Shown here: positions 40,364-49,458 of the stretch, piece after piece
Numbering within the stretch: the first letter of the stretch is position 1
Layout: each line of letters starts with the position of its first letter
Assembly (NCBI GenBank): GCA_035627015.1
Contig: DASPMO010000039.1
Span: 11,470-75,469, forward strand
Length of the DNA stretch: 64,000 bases
Direction of reading: 5' to 3'
Origin: Thermoanaerobaculia bacterium
Lineage (GTDB): Bacteria; Acidobacteriota; Thermoanaerobaculia; Gp7-AA8
Made by a program: the position numbers and the translations under genes
Notes under the pieces: generated by a model
The model's database searches: none
What the model was told of the DNA's origin: nothing
The model's input: the letters and a program-made list of their open reading frames with translations, nothing else

Positions 40364-42220
40364 ATGATGAACATTCAGCTCGTGGACATTCAGGTGTACG
40401 AACGTCTGACGCCGCTCGCCTCGGGACTGATGGCGGCGGCGGTGCTCGGCGATTCCGCGCGCGCGGCCTCGTGCCGCATCGCCCTGCGGACGTGGAACGT
40501 CGCCGCGAGCGCGGAGACGATCGCCGCCGCGCTGCTCGCGGAGCCCTGCGATCTCGTCGGCTTCAGCACGTACGTCTGGAACGCCGGCCTGGTCCGGCGC
40601 GTGGCCGCGCTGCTCGCCCGCGAGCGGCCGCAGCTGCCGATCCTGCTCGGCGGGCCGCACGTCGTGCACGGCGCGGAGCGCTGGCGCGGCGTCGCCCCGA
40701 ACCTGCTCATCGCCGACGGCGAGGGAGAGCCGATCCTCGTCGACCTCGCCGAGCGCTTCCTCGGCGGCCGGCCGCTGGCCGAGAGTGTGGGCGTGTCCGG
40801 CTTCTGGGAAGGCGCGGCGCTGCCGCCGTCGGGGCACATGCCGGTCGCGGACCTCGAGCAGATCCCCTCGCCGTTCCTCATGGGACTCTTTCCTCCGGGC
40901 GTCTACACGCAGGCCATCCTCGAGACGAACCGCGGCTGCCCCTTCGCCTGCAGCTTCTGTTTCTGGGGCCTCGGGTCCAAACGCGTGCGCAGGTTCTCCG
41001 ACGACCGTACCCGCGCCGAGCTTGAATGGATCTTCCGCGAGAAGATCCTCTCCGTCTTCGTGGCGGACGCGAACTTCGGCATGTACCCCCGCGACATCGA
41101 CATCGCCAACGCGCTGGCCGGCAACCGCCGGCAGCACGGGACGCCGCTGGTCGTGTCGTTCAACACCATGAAGAACCGGCCGGAGACGATGTCCCGCATC
41201 AGCCGGATCGTCGGGGAGGCGGGGCTGGTGGCCACGCAGTCGATGGCCATCCAGTCGATGGATGAAGTCACGCTGCGCGAGAGCGGCCGCGGCACGATCC
41301 GCACCTCCGCCTACACGGCCGCGCTGGACGAGCTCAATCGCGACGGGTTCACGACCTACGTCGAGTTGATCTGGCCCTTGCCGGGAGAGACGGTCCAGTC
41401 GTTCGCGGCGGGGATCGACTCGCTCTGTGCCATCGGCGCGCAGAGCTTCGTCGTCTACCCGTTGCTCGCGCTGCCCAACACCCGGATCACCGAGCAGCGC
41501 GAGGCTCTCGGCCTGACCATCACCCCCAGCGCCGACCAGGGCGCCGGCGACTACATGTACGTCACGGCCACGCGCGAGGTCTCCGCGGAGGAGTATCGCG
41601 AAGGGTTATGGCTGACCCTGGCCGTGAACCTCCTGTACAACACGCGCGTGCTGGCCGGCACGTTCGACGTGCTCCGGCAGCGCGGCATCCGCCACATCGA
41701 CGTGCTCGCGCCGTTCGCGCAATGGGCGAAGGAGCAGGACCTGCCGCTGTTCGCGCGCCACGCCAGCGCGTCCGCCAGCGTCGAGCACGCGTCGTGGGCG
41801 TACTGGGGCTCGATCGCGTTCGAGGCACTGCACGCGGAGCGCGAGCGGTTCGTGGCGATCGTCGAAGAGTTCTGCCGGCAGCAGCCGTGGTGGGACGAAG
41901 AGACGCGCGCCAGCATCGAAGTGGACCGCCTGCTGCTCCCCTACCTCTTCTCCAATACGCGGCTCGCGCCGTGGCACGGCAGCGACATCTCGGTCCAGCC
42001 GGAACAGCGGCGTCTCCACGCGCGCGTTTCCGACCGCGCGCGGAAGCTGCTGCACGCCCGCTGGCACGACCTTCCCGAGACCATCGAGCTGAATCCGTGG
42101 AACGGCCAGATGCCCCATTTTGCGAGTCAGCCGGTCAGCGCCGCGCACGATTACGCGTACGGCCAACTGCAACGCATGGCGCACTTCATTCCGAGACTGG
42201 TGGGCGCGCCCGCACCTTGA
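40364..42220 (+). CDS. Class B (cobalamin-dependent) radical SAM methyltransferase
   Basis: DLVGFSTYVWN, LGGPHV, DGEGE, IPSPFL, ETNRGCPFACSFCFWG, DANFG, ELIWPLPGET. Confidence 0.92.
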   Translation: MMNIQLVDIQVYERLTPLASGLMAAAVLGDSARAASCRIALRTWNVAASAETIAAALLAEPCDLVGFSTYVWNAGLVRRVAALLARERPQLPILLGGPHVVHGAERWRGVAPNLLIADGEGEPILVDLAERFLGGRPLAESVGVSGFWEGAALPPSGHMPVADLEQIPSPFLMGLFPPGVYTQAILETNRGCPFACSFCFWGLGSKRVRRFSDDRTRAELEWIFREKILSVFVADANFGMYPRDIDIANALAGNRRQHGTPLVVSFNTMKNRPETMSRISRIVGEAGLVATQSMAIQSMDEVTLRESGRGTIRTSAYTAALDELNRDGFTTYVELIWPLPGETVQSFAAGIDSLCAIGAQSFVVYPLLALPNTRITEQREALGLTITPSADQGAGDYMYVTATREVSAEEYREGLWLTLAVNLLYNTRVLAGTFDVLRQRGIRHIDVLAPFAQWAKEQDLPLFARHASASASVEHASWAYWGSIAFEALHAERERFVAIVEEFCRQQPWWDEETRASIEVDRLLLPYLFSNTRLAPWHGSDISVQPEQRRLHARVSDRARKLLHARWHDLPETIELNPWNGQMPHFASQPVSAAHDYAYGQLQRMAHFIPRLVGAPAP

Positions 42221-42232
42221 AGTCGCTCCGTT

Positions 42233-43603
42233 TTGATGGCAGTATTCCTTCCTTCGAGGACACGATTGACCGCCCTGAGTACGCCAGCGCGAGTTCCCGA
42301 TAGCGGACGGGCGGCTGAAGAGCCGTTTCCACTGCGCTGGAGCGCGACGCAGACACGGTTGCTGCGCGAGCGCGCGGAAGGATCCGGGCCGGCGCCCCTC
42401 GTGACCGCGATCGAGCTCGACGGACCGGTCGATGCCGCGCGTCTCGACCAGGCTTGGCAGGAGCTCCAGTGGCGGCACCCGTTCCTCCGCGTGCGTCTCG
42501 GCCCCGACGGCCCGTTCGCAGCGCCGGAAGTGCGTCCGCTGCTGCGCGCGAACATTCCGGGGAGCAGCCCGGGCTTCCGCACGGACGCGGCGCAAGTGCT
42601 CGCGGCGGCGGCGCGGCCCCGCGACCTGGCCACGGAAGGTCCGGCGGACGCGGCGTGGATCCGCACCGGCCCCGAGGCGGGACTGCTGATCTGCAGCGTC
42701 GACCATCTCGCCACCGATGGCTGGTCGTTCGGCCTCATGGCGCGGCAGTGGGGCGAGCTCTATCGCACGCCGGGCGCGGGCGCCGTCGTGGACCCGAGCA
42801 GCGTCATCGCCCGATACGACGAGCCTGAGCGCGTTCGCGCCCACGGCATCGCCGTCCGGAACCTTGCCGAGGAGCTCGCGGGCGCACAGCCGTTTCCGCT
42901 GCCTCCATCGCAGAGCGGATGGGCGCTCCTGCACGTCGACCTGCCGCTCGACATCGCCGGCGGTCTCCGCGCCCGCGCCACCCGCGACCGCTCGACGCCG
43001 TTCGCTCTCGCGCTGGCCGCCCTCGGCCGCGCGCTGGCGGCCGAGCATGGGGTGACCGACCTGGTCGTCTCCACGCATGTCGCCAACCGCTCCGTCCCGC
43101 AGAGCGAGCAGGTCGTCTGCGCGCTCTACAACACCGTCCCTCTGCGCATCTCCGCCAGGAGCGGCGACGATCTCGAAGGATGGGTTGCCTCGGCGAAGCA
43201 GGCCTCGCTGCGCGCACTGCAGCGGCAGTCGCTGCCGTTCGCCACGGCGCGGCAGGTGCTGGCCGGGACGCTCCCCTCCGACGCGTTCCTCCGCGTCATG
43301 ATCAACTTCGATCAGCACCCGTTCCTCGGGCTCTCTCTCCCCGGCGTCGAGATCCACGAATCGGCGGCATGGAGCCCGCAGCGGCTCGGGACGGGCCTGA
43401 ACGCCCCCTGGTATTCCACTTCCGACCGGCCGTGGCCGGCCGGCATCACCGTATCGTTCCGCGAGACCTGGGATTGCCTGCAACTCTACATTCATTACGG
43501 AGCGGAGCTGGGCGATCGCGCTGCATTGATGCTGCTGGGCCGGGTGACCGAAGGCCTGGCACTGCTTACAGACTCCCGACAGGAGGAAAACGGCCATGGC
43601 TGA
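42233..43603 (+). CDS. Stand-alone condensation-domain protein (variant DHxxxDG)
   Basis: PLRWSATQ, RHPFLR, CSVDHLATDGWSF, STPFALALAA, STHVANR...LYNTVPLR, QSLPF. Confidence 0.8.
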   Translation: MMAVFLPSRTRLTALSTPARVPDSGRAAEEPFPLRWSATQTRLLRERAEGSGPAPLVTAIELDGPVDAARLDQAWQELQWRHPFLRVRLGPDGPFAAPEVRPLLRANIPGSSPGFRTDAAQVLAAAARPRDLATEGPADAAWIRTGPEAGLLICSVDHLATDGWSFGLMARQWGELYRTPGAGAVVDPSSVIARYDEPERVRAHGIAVRNLAEELAGAQPFPLPPSQSGWALLHVDLPLDIAGGLRARATRDRSTPFALALAALGRALAAEHGVTDLVVSTHVANRSVPQSEQVVCALYNTVPLRISARSGDDLEGWVASAKQASLRALQRQSLPFATARQVLAGTLPSDAFLRVMINFDQHPFLGLSLPGVEIHESAAWSPQRLGTGLNAPWYSTSDRPWPAGITVSFRETWDCLQLYIHYGAELGDRAALMLLGRVTEGLALLTDSRQEENGHG

Positions 43604-44576
43604 CTCGAGAGCTCAAATCATCGCCCAGGCACTGATCCAGATCGCGCAGACCCTGACCCCCGAAGGAGGACAGGACGAGGCCAAGGAGCGCGGTGGTCGC
43701 GGCGGCGGTGCGGCCGCGGCCGCGACGCGCGATCCGGAGAGCGTGGCCTCCCTGATCCGCGCACTCTGCCCCGCCACGTCCACGGCCACGCGCCCGACCG
43801 ACGTCGCGGAGCTGATCCGCGCGCTCTGCCCGGTGGGCGACACCCGCGCCAATCCGACCGCCACCGCGCGCCTGATTCAGGCGCTCTCGCCGGCGGTCGA
43901 GACGGGAGGACGCGAGCGCATGCAGCAGCTCATCGCCGCGCTCTGCCCGATCGAGCCGGGCTCGAACGTCTCGCGATTCGCCGAACAGTTCGCAGCCGGC
44001 GACACCGCGGCGATGGCGGAGGCCGTCCAGAGCGGCGCCGAGGCTGATGCCACCGTTTCCGCCGCAACGCTCACCCCGCAGCAGCGCCTGGCGGCCGACG
44101 TCTTCCGCGTACTCTCGCCGGTCGACCAGCAGCCGCGGACCGACGTCAAAACCGCGGTCGACTTCCTGCGTGCGCTCTGCCCGGCGGACCGTCCGCCGGA
44201 CGAAGTGGCGGGCCTCATCGCCGCGCTCTCGCCGGCCGCCGACAAGACCGCCGGCTCTCCCGACGAGGCGGTCGCGTTCATTCGCGCGCTCTGCCCCGCC
44301 GGGGACGTACCGGCCACCGACGTCGCGCAGATTGTCCGCGCACTCTCCCCCGCCGCCGATCTGGAGGCGAGGCGCACCGACAACGTCGCGCAGCTCGTGC
44401 GGGCGCTCTGTCCCGCGGCACCGACCGAGTGGGGCGGGCTGGTTCGCGCGCTCTCGCCGGCGCACGATCCGGCGACGCGGCCAACCGACGTTGCGGAGCT
44501 CATTCGCCAGCTCTCTCCCGCGATCGGGCCGGTGGAAGTCATCCGCACGCTGTCGCCTGCGGGTCCGGGGCAATGA
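43596..44576 (+). CDS. Unknown protein with 13 tandem [LFIV][IVLF]xxL[C/S]P repeats
   Basis: GGAGG RBS, start overlaps upstream stop; motif LIRALCP/LIAALSP recurs 13 times with variable P/A/T/D-rich linkers; repeat visible at DNA level (gcgctctgcccg / gcgctctcgccg). Confidence 0.85.
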   Translation: MADSRAQIIAQALIQIAQTLTPEGGQDEAKERGGRGGGAAAAATRDPESVASLIRALCPATSTATRPTDVAELIRALCPVGDTRANPTATARLIQALSPAVETGGRERMQQLIAALCPIEPGSNVSRFAEQFAAGDTAAMAEAVQSGAEADATVSAATLTPQQRLAADVFRVLSPVDQQPRTDVKTAVDFLRALCPADRPPDEVAGLIAALSPAADKTAGSPDEAVAFIRALCPAGDVPATDVAQIVRALSPAADLEARRTDNVAQLVRALCPAAPTEWGGLVRALSPAHDPATRPTDVAELIRQLSPAIGPVEVIRTLSPAGPGQ

Positions 44577-44597
44577 CGGGCCGGCGATCACCCGTTC

Positions 44598-46286
44598 ATG
44601 CCGAAAGTCAGTGACTACGTAGCCGATTTCCTGGCCATCAACGGAATTCATCTCGCCTTCGAGCTGTCGGGCGGGATGATTTCCCATTTGCTCGACTCGT
44701 TCGCGGCGCATCCGGACATCCGCGTGATCTCCATGCACCACGAGCAGTCGGCGTCGTTTGCCGCCGAGGCGGTGGGACGGCTGACCGGCCGCCCCGCCGT
44801 CGCCCTCGGGACGTCCGGACCGGGCGCGCTGAACCTCGTCAGCGGCATCGCCAGCTGCTACTACGATTCCGTCCCCGCCCTCTTCATCACCGGCGACGTG
44901 CAGACCTACATGGAAGCGGGACAGAAGCCGCTGCGCCAGTTCGGGCTGCAGGAATGCCCATTCCCCGCCGTCGCCGCGCCGATCGCCAAATCCGCGGTCT
45001 CGGTCAAGCGTGCGGCCGACGTCCCCGCCGCCTTCGAGCAGGCGCTCCTCACGGCCGTCAGCGGCCGTCCCGGCCCGGTGGTCATCGAGCTTCCCTTCGA
45101 CGTGCAGGGACAACCGCTGAATGCGCAGGCGGCGGCGGTGGCGCTGCCTCCCCCGCAGCCTCCCGCCGATGACGCGGTGACGGTGGCCAACGAGATCCTC
45201 GCCTCCGCGCAGCGTCCGCTGATCCTCGCCGGTGGCGGCGTGCGCTCTCCCGCGGCCAGCGACGCGCTGCGGCGCTTCGCCGAGAAGACAGGAGTGCCGC
45301 TGGCGACGTCCATTGCCGCGCTGGACGTCGTGCCGGCCGGTCACCCGCTGCGCGTCGGACTGGTGGGGATGTACGGCACGCGCGCGGGAAACCTGGTCAT
45401 GGCCGAAAGCGACGCCATCCTGGTCGTCGGCAGCCGCCTCGACGCGGGACTGATCGGGGCCGACACGAGCGCGTGGGAGCGTCACAAAACGATCGTGCGC
45501 GTGGACTGCGACGCGGGCGAGCTGTCGGCCCGCCTGCGCAATGCGAAGCAGTTCCACGCCGACGCCGGAGCGTTCCTCGCCGCGGCGCTCGCGAGCGCGC
45601 CGAACGGGGTCCACGCCGAGTGGCGCGCGCGCGTCCAGCAGTTGAAAAGCGAGCACCCCGACACCGCCGAGCATGCGACCGGAGCAGACATCAATCCGAA
45701 CCTGTTCATGCATCAGTTGTCCGCGGGGTCCGGCGACGCCGTCGCCTACGTCGTGGATGCCGGGCAACACACCTGGTGGTCCGCGCAGTCGCTGCAGCTC
45801 ACCGGGTCGCAGCGGTACCTCGGCGCCACGGGCTTGTGGGCCATGGGATCGTCGCTCCCGGCCGCGATCGGCGTCGCCCTGCACACGGGCCGCCCCGTCG
45901 TCGCCATCGCGGGCGACGCCGGCATCCAGCTCAACCTCCAGGAGCTCCACGCCCTCATCCGCTACCAGCTGCCGGTCAAGATCGTGGTGATCAACAACCA
46001 CTGCCACGGCATGGTGCGCCAGTTCCAGGACGAGTTCTTCGACCGCCGGCGCCCGTCGACCGTCTGGGGCTATAGCCCTCCCGACTTCACCGCCGTCGCC
46101 GCCGCCTACGGAATCCGCTCCGCGGCCGTCGACCGCCAGGACGACGTCCCGGCCGCGGTCGCGCGGATGTGGGCCGATCCCGCCGCCCCCTTCCTGCTGA
46201 ACGCGACGATTCCGCTCGACATCAACGTCTCCCCCTACGTCCCCCTCGGGCGCCCACTCAGCGGGATGGTTCCGCCGCGCCCCTGA
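44598..46286 (+). CDS. ThDP-dependent enzyme, acetolactate synthase large-subunit-like
   Basis: MHHEQSASFAAEA, TSGPGALN, GRPGPVVIELP, PLILAGGG, GDAG...VINN ThDP motif, GMVRQFQ. Confidence 0.92.
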   Translation: MPKVSDYVADFLAINGIHLAFELSGGMISHLLDSFAAHPDIRVISMHHEQSASFAAEAVGRLTGRPAVALGTSGPGALNLVSGIASCYYDSVPALFITGDVQTYMEAGQKPLRQFGLQECPFPAVAAPIAKSAVSVKRAADVPAAFEQALLTAVSGRPGPVVIELPFDVQGQPLNAQAAAVALPPPQPPADDAVTVANEILASAQRPLILAGGGVRSPAASDALRRFAEKTGVPLATSIAALDVVPAGHPLRVGLVGMYGTRAGNLVMAESDAILVVGSRLDAGLIGADTSAWERHKTIVRVDCDAGELSARLRNAKQFHADAGAFLAAALASAPNGVHAEWRARVQQLKSEHPDTAEHATGADINPNLFMHQLSAGSGDAVAYVVDAGQHTWWSAQSLQLTGSQRYLGATGLWAMGSSLPAAIGVALHTGRPVVAIAGDAGIQLNLQELHALIRYQLPVKIVVINNHCHGMVRQFQDEFFDRRRPSTVWGYSPPDFTAVAAAYGIRSAAVDRQDDVPAAVARMWADPAAPFLLNATIPLDINVSPYVPLGRPLSGMVPPRP

Positions 46287-46351
46287 AGCCGCGCGTCCTG
46301 CTTGCGACAGGAAACGCACGACGGCAGAATACGCGCTCGAAAGGACCCATC

Positions 46352-47068
46352 GTGGCAAACAGCAAGCTTGCGGCACCCCAGCTCGTCCTGCACAGCCGGA
46401 TGATCTATACCAGTTGGATCCCCGAGGATCCGGACGCCTGCGCGCGCCTCCTTCCGCCCGCCCTGCGGCCGGCGGCCAACCGGGCCGTCTACATGAATCA
46501 GTACGTAGTGGACCGGGCGGAGCAGACCACCGGCTTCGGGGCGTACTCGCTCACCTACCTGGGACTCGACCTGGCGGACCTGTTCGCGCCCGACGGGGTG
46601 ACCCCGGCGCGCTTCTTCACGCACTACTTCAACTCGTCGGAGACCGTGCGGGAGTACGTGACGGAGCGCGGCGTCCCGGCGTCCCCCGGCTCGACCGTGC
46701 TGGAGGTGGAAGGCGGAATCGCCACGGCGACCACCAGCGTGGACGGCACCCCCATCATCCGCACCCGGGCCCGGGTGGGCGAGACGGCCGACCTCGTGCT
46801 GGCCGGCCACCTCCGCTACGTGACCCGGGTCGGCAACCGGCTGATCGCCGGGAACTACCCCTACATCGGCGAGCTGGCAGGCACGTTCGAGGTGCAGTCC
46901 ATCGAGTTCCTCGCCCCCGACCACCCGGTATACGCCCTCCGCCCGGCCAGCCCGCTCCAGGTGATCGCCGGCTCGTCCTTCTACGCCCCGCGCGACTCGT
47001 TCGTGTACCCCGGCGGCGAGGAGGACCTCGGTCCGGCAGAGGGCGGTGGCCAGGGGCACCGGCCGTAG
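46352..47068 (+). CDS. Acetoacetate decarboxylase (ADC) superfamily-like protein (GTG start inferred)
   Basis: Size, D..ACARLLPPALRP N-terminus, FGAYS..YLG, beta-rich pattern; canonical Schiff-base Lys not confirmed. Confidence 0.55.
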   Translation: MANSKLAAPQLVLHSRMIYTSWIPEDPDACARLLPPALRPAANRAVYMNQYVVDRAEQTTGFGAYSLTYLGLDLADLFAPDGVTPARFFTHYFNSSETVREYVTERGVPASPGSTVLEVEGGIATATTSVDGTPIIRTRARVGETADLVLAGHLRYVTRVGNRLIAGNYPYIGELAGTFEVQSIEFLAPDHPVYALRPASPLQVIAGSSFYAPRDSFVYPGGEEDLGPAEGGGQGHRP

Positions 47069-47133
47069 CCACATCAACGACCAGCGGTGGCGGAAGCTCG
47101 AAGCCCCGCCCCCGCGCGGTCCGCGATGGTGTG

Positions 47134-47215
47134 GGGCCACCTTGAGGATGTGATCGTGGGCGCGGGCGGAGAGGCCGAGGCGCTCGATGGCGGTGAGGAG
47201 CAGGCGCTTCGAGGA
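47134..47215 (-). repeat. Displaced duplicate of the comM/yifB 3' segment (att-like direct repeat of 49557-49638)
   Basis: 78/82 nt identical to 49557-49638; encodes SSKRLLLTAIERLGLSARAHDHILKVA; degenerate similarity continues to about 47110. Confidence 0.9.
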
Positions 47216-47228
47216 CGCCGCGCCGTGT

Positions 47229-48080
47229 TCAGAAGCTGCCGGCGAACTTCTCCGCCGCGACGCTCGCCGTTTCAGGGAAGTATTTCCGCAGTGCGACAGC
47301 GACCCCGTTTTCGGTATTCGAGAGAGTGACCTCGCGCGCGACGTCCAACGCAGCGTCCGAGGCATTCGTCGGGACTACGCTGTGGCCGACGGAGCGCAAC
47401 AGGTCCAGATCGTTGTCGGAGTCTCCAAAGGCCAAGACGCGATGCGCTGCGATGCCGAGGCGGCTCAGGACACAGTCCACTCCTGCCCATTTACCCGCAG
47501 CCACACTCACGAGCTCGATCGCCGTTGGACGGCCACAGGACAGCCGCACGTCGGTTCCGTAGCGCTCGTACAACGCATCCCGGACCGGGTCCAGCTCGTC
47601 TTTTTCTCCACGGATCATGATTTTGTGCGCGGCGAGGCCGGCCCCGGCCCAGCTCTCGAGATGGCGGAGCGGTGAGCCGACCGTGGGCCATACCTTATTA
47701 CCCCGGATCTCGCGACGCGCCCAGTAGTCGATCCGGTTCACTACCCATTCGTCTTCTCGAAAGATCCCGACGTGCGCTCCGGCGGCCAAAGCGAGATGCA
47801 CGATCCCGGAACTGGTTTCGCAGGACAGACACTGGTCGACCAATGTGGCATCACCGTCGAGTACCAGCGCGCCGTCGAGCGCCACGATGGTGTTCAGACA
47901 CCCGAGTTGCTTCTGAAGCGGTCGAATGGCACAGGGCATCCGGGAGGAGGCCAGCAGCACATCCACCCCGAAGTCACACCTGACGCGTCGGATCGTTTCG
48001 ATCGTTACTTCCGACAGCTCCTTCTCATCGTTCAGGAGCGTACCATCGATATCAGCCACGATCAGGTCGAAAGCCATCAT
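47229..48080 (-). CDS. Cof-type HAD-IIB phosphatase
   Basis: ADIDGTLL (DxD), LASSR, LDGALV, AAGK, FGDSDNDLDLL, PTNA, NTENGVA. Confidence 0.92.
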   Translation of the reverse strand: MMAFDLIVADIDGTLLNDEKELSEVTIETIRRVRCDFGVDVLLASSRMPCAIRPLQKQLGCLNTIVALDGALVLDGDATLVDQCLSCETSSGIVHLALAAGAHVGIFREDEWVVNRIDYWARREIRGNKVWPTVGSPLRHLESWAGAGLAAHKIMIRGEKDELDPVRDALYERYGTDVRLSCGRPTAIELVSVAAGKWAGVDCVLSRLGIAAHRVLAFGDSDNDLDLLRSVGHSVVPTNASDAALDVAREVTLSNTENGVAVALRKYFPETASVAAEKFAGSF

Positions 48081-48086
48081 GAGTCC

Positions 48087-49418
48087 TCACACGACTACCA
48101 GCCTGCTGGGCGTGTCGGAAAGCATATTTCTAACCAAGTCCAGAATCGGCTTGGAGGCGGGTCCAGCGGTTAGAATTTCCAGCCTCTCGGAAAACCGGGC
48201 AAAGAGCACCTTCTGCTGCACCTCGAACTTGGAAGGGTCGACGAGAAAGACCTTTCGTTCAGCGGCTTCCAGCAGAGCACGTTTCGCCGGCACTTCGTGG
48301 TCGTGCGTGATGGCGAAGCCTTCACGTTCATACAGCCCATTTGTACCGAGAAACGAAATATCGAGCCGCCCGGGGGGAGGAGAGATCACCGATACATCCG
48401 ATTCTCTCCAGGGAATCACCGTCAAGGACCTGGGTCTGCACCAGCCGCCCATCAGAATGACTCGGCAACGAACGCTGCTGCCGCCGGCTTCGAGTTCGCT
48501 CAAGGTCTCCAGAAGGTGGTACGCGACCGGAACCGAGTTGGTGAAGATCTCCAGATCATTGATGGATCCGGCACGGATCTCGTCGCTGAGATACGCCGCA
48601 AGCGCGAGCGTCGTCGAGCCGCCGTCGATCCCGATGCGATGTCCGGATCGTACAAGCCGTGCCGCCGCTTTGGCGATCGCCCGTTTTTCACGCGCGAAGA
48701 GCGTCCGCTTGTAGAAATTGCTCTCCTTTGCGAGATACACATGCTCGGCATCGAAGTAGATGCCGCCGAGCACGTGACTGCTCCGCAGCCGCTGCAGCAG
48801 ATCGAGCGTGGCCGCAGCATCGATCCAGGCGAGCTCCGGATACTGCCGCAGTTCCGTTGCGAGTTGCTCGATCGTGAGCGGGTTCTCGAGCCTGTGCGAG
48901 TGAACGACAGTCCGCACGTGTTCGGCCATCGAGACGGCGAGTGCCGTCGCGGCATCGAACGCGGCAAACCGCGATCGCGATGTAGGGCTGCGAAAGCCGT
49001 CGCGAGCGAGCAACCCGAAGAGCTCCATCGTCAGTTCGTCAACGAAGCCTTTGACCGCTGTGTCATGGAACTTGTAGCAGGAAAGATACTTACGGTCCGG
49101 CAACATCTCGTCGATGAGTTTTTTGCCCGCTGGCTCGACGACGATCGGAAGGAGATAGGGACGCGCGAGCGTCTTTTCCTGCTGCAGCGCCCAGGAGACC
49201 TCCTTGCGCACCCAATCCGACTTGGCCGCGCTGCGGTCGACGATCAGCATGACGAGATCGCAGCCGCTCTTGATTGCTTCCTCAAGCCGCGCTTCGACTG
49301 AGTCGCCGATGCGCAGTTCGTGGTCGTCGAGCCGTAACTCGACGAACGGCGGCAGCCTTTGCCGAATCTGCTCAATGAAGGACTTCCGTCCTCCACTATG
49401 GCTGACGAAGATCCTCAT
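48087..49418 (-). CDS. TIR domain - winged helix-like - DeoR C-terminal sugar-phosphate sensor fusion
   Basis: N-term IFVSHS...SDWVRKEV (TIR with catalytic-position Glu); C-term EKRAIAKAAARLV..GHRIGIDGGSTT, IFTNS, LMGG, DISFLGTNG, KRALLEAAERKVFLVDPSKF (DeoRC). Confidence 0.88.
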   Translation of the reverse strand: MRIFVSHSGGRKSFIEQIRQRLPPFVELRLDDHELRIGDSVEARLEEAIKSGCDLVMLIVDRSAAKSDWVRKEVSWALQQEKTLARPYLLPIVVEPAGKKLIDEMLPDRKYLSCYKFHDTAVKGFVDELTMELFGLLARDGFRSPTSRSRFAAFDAATALAVSMAEHVRTVVHSHRLENPLTIEQLATELRQYPELAWIDAAATLDLLQRLRSSHVLGGIYFDAEHVYLAKESNFYKRTLFAREKRAIAKAAARLVRSGHRIGIDGGSTTLALAAYLSDEIRAGSINDLEIFTNSVPVAYHLLETLSELEAGGSSVRCRVILMGGWCRPRSLTVIPWRESDVSVISPPPGRLDISFLGTNGLYEREGFAITHDHEVPAKRALLEAAERKVFLVDPSKFEVQQKVLFARFSERLEILTAGPASKPILDLVRNMLSDTPSRLVVV

Positions 49419-49458
49419 CTCTGGTCCCTCGAAAGATTATCACGCAGCACCCCGCCCC

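Noticed and set aside
43596-44576. Repeat as sulfatase FGly motif, lipobox or HEAT/PBS-lyase repeat
   Set aside because: Lacks CxPxR, no signal peptide before any Cys, and single short helices with irregular linkers do not match paired-helix periodicity
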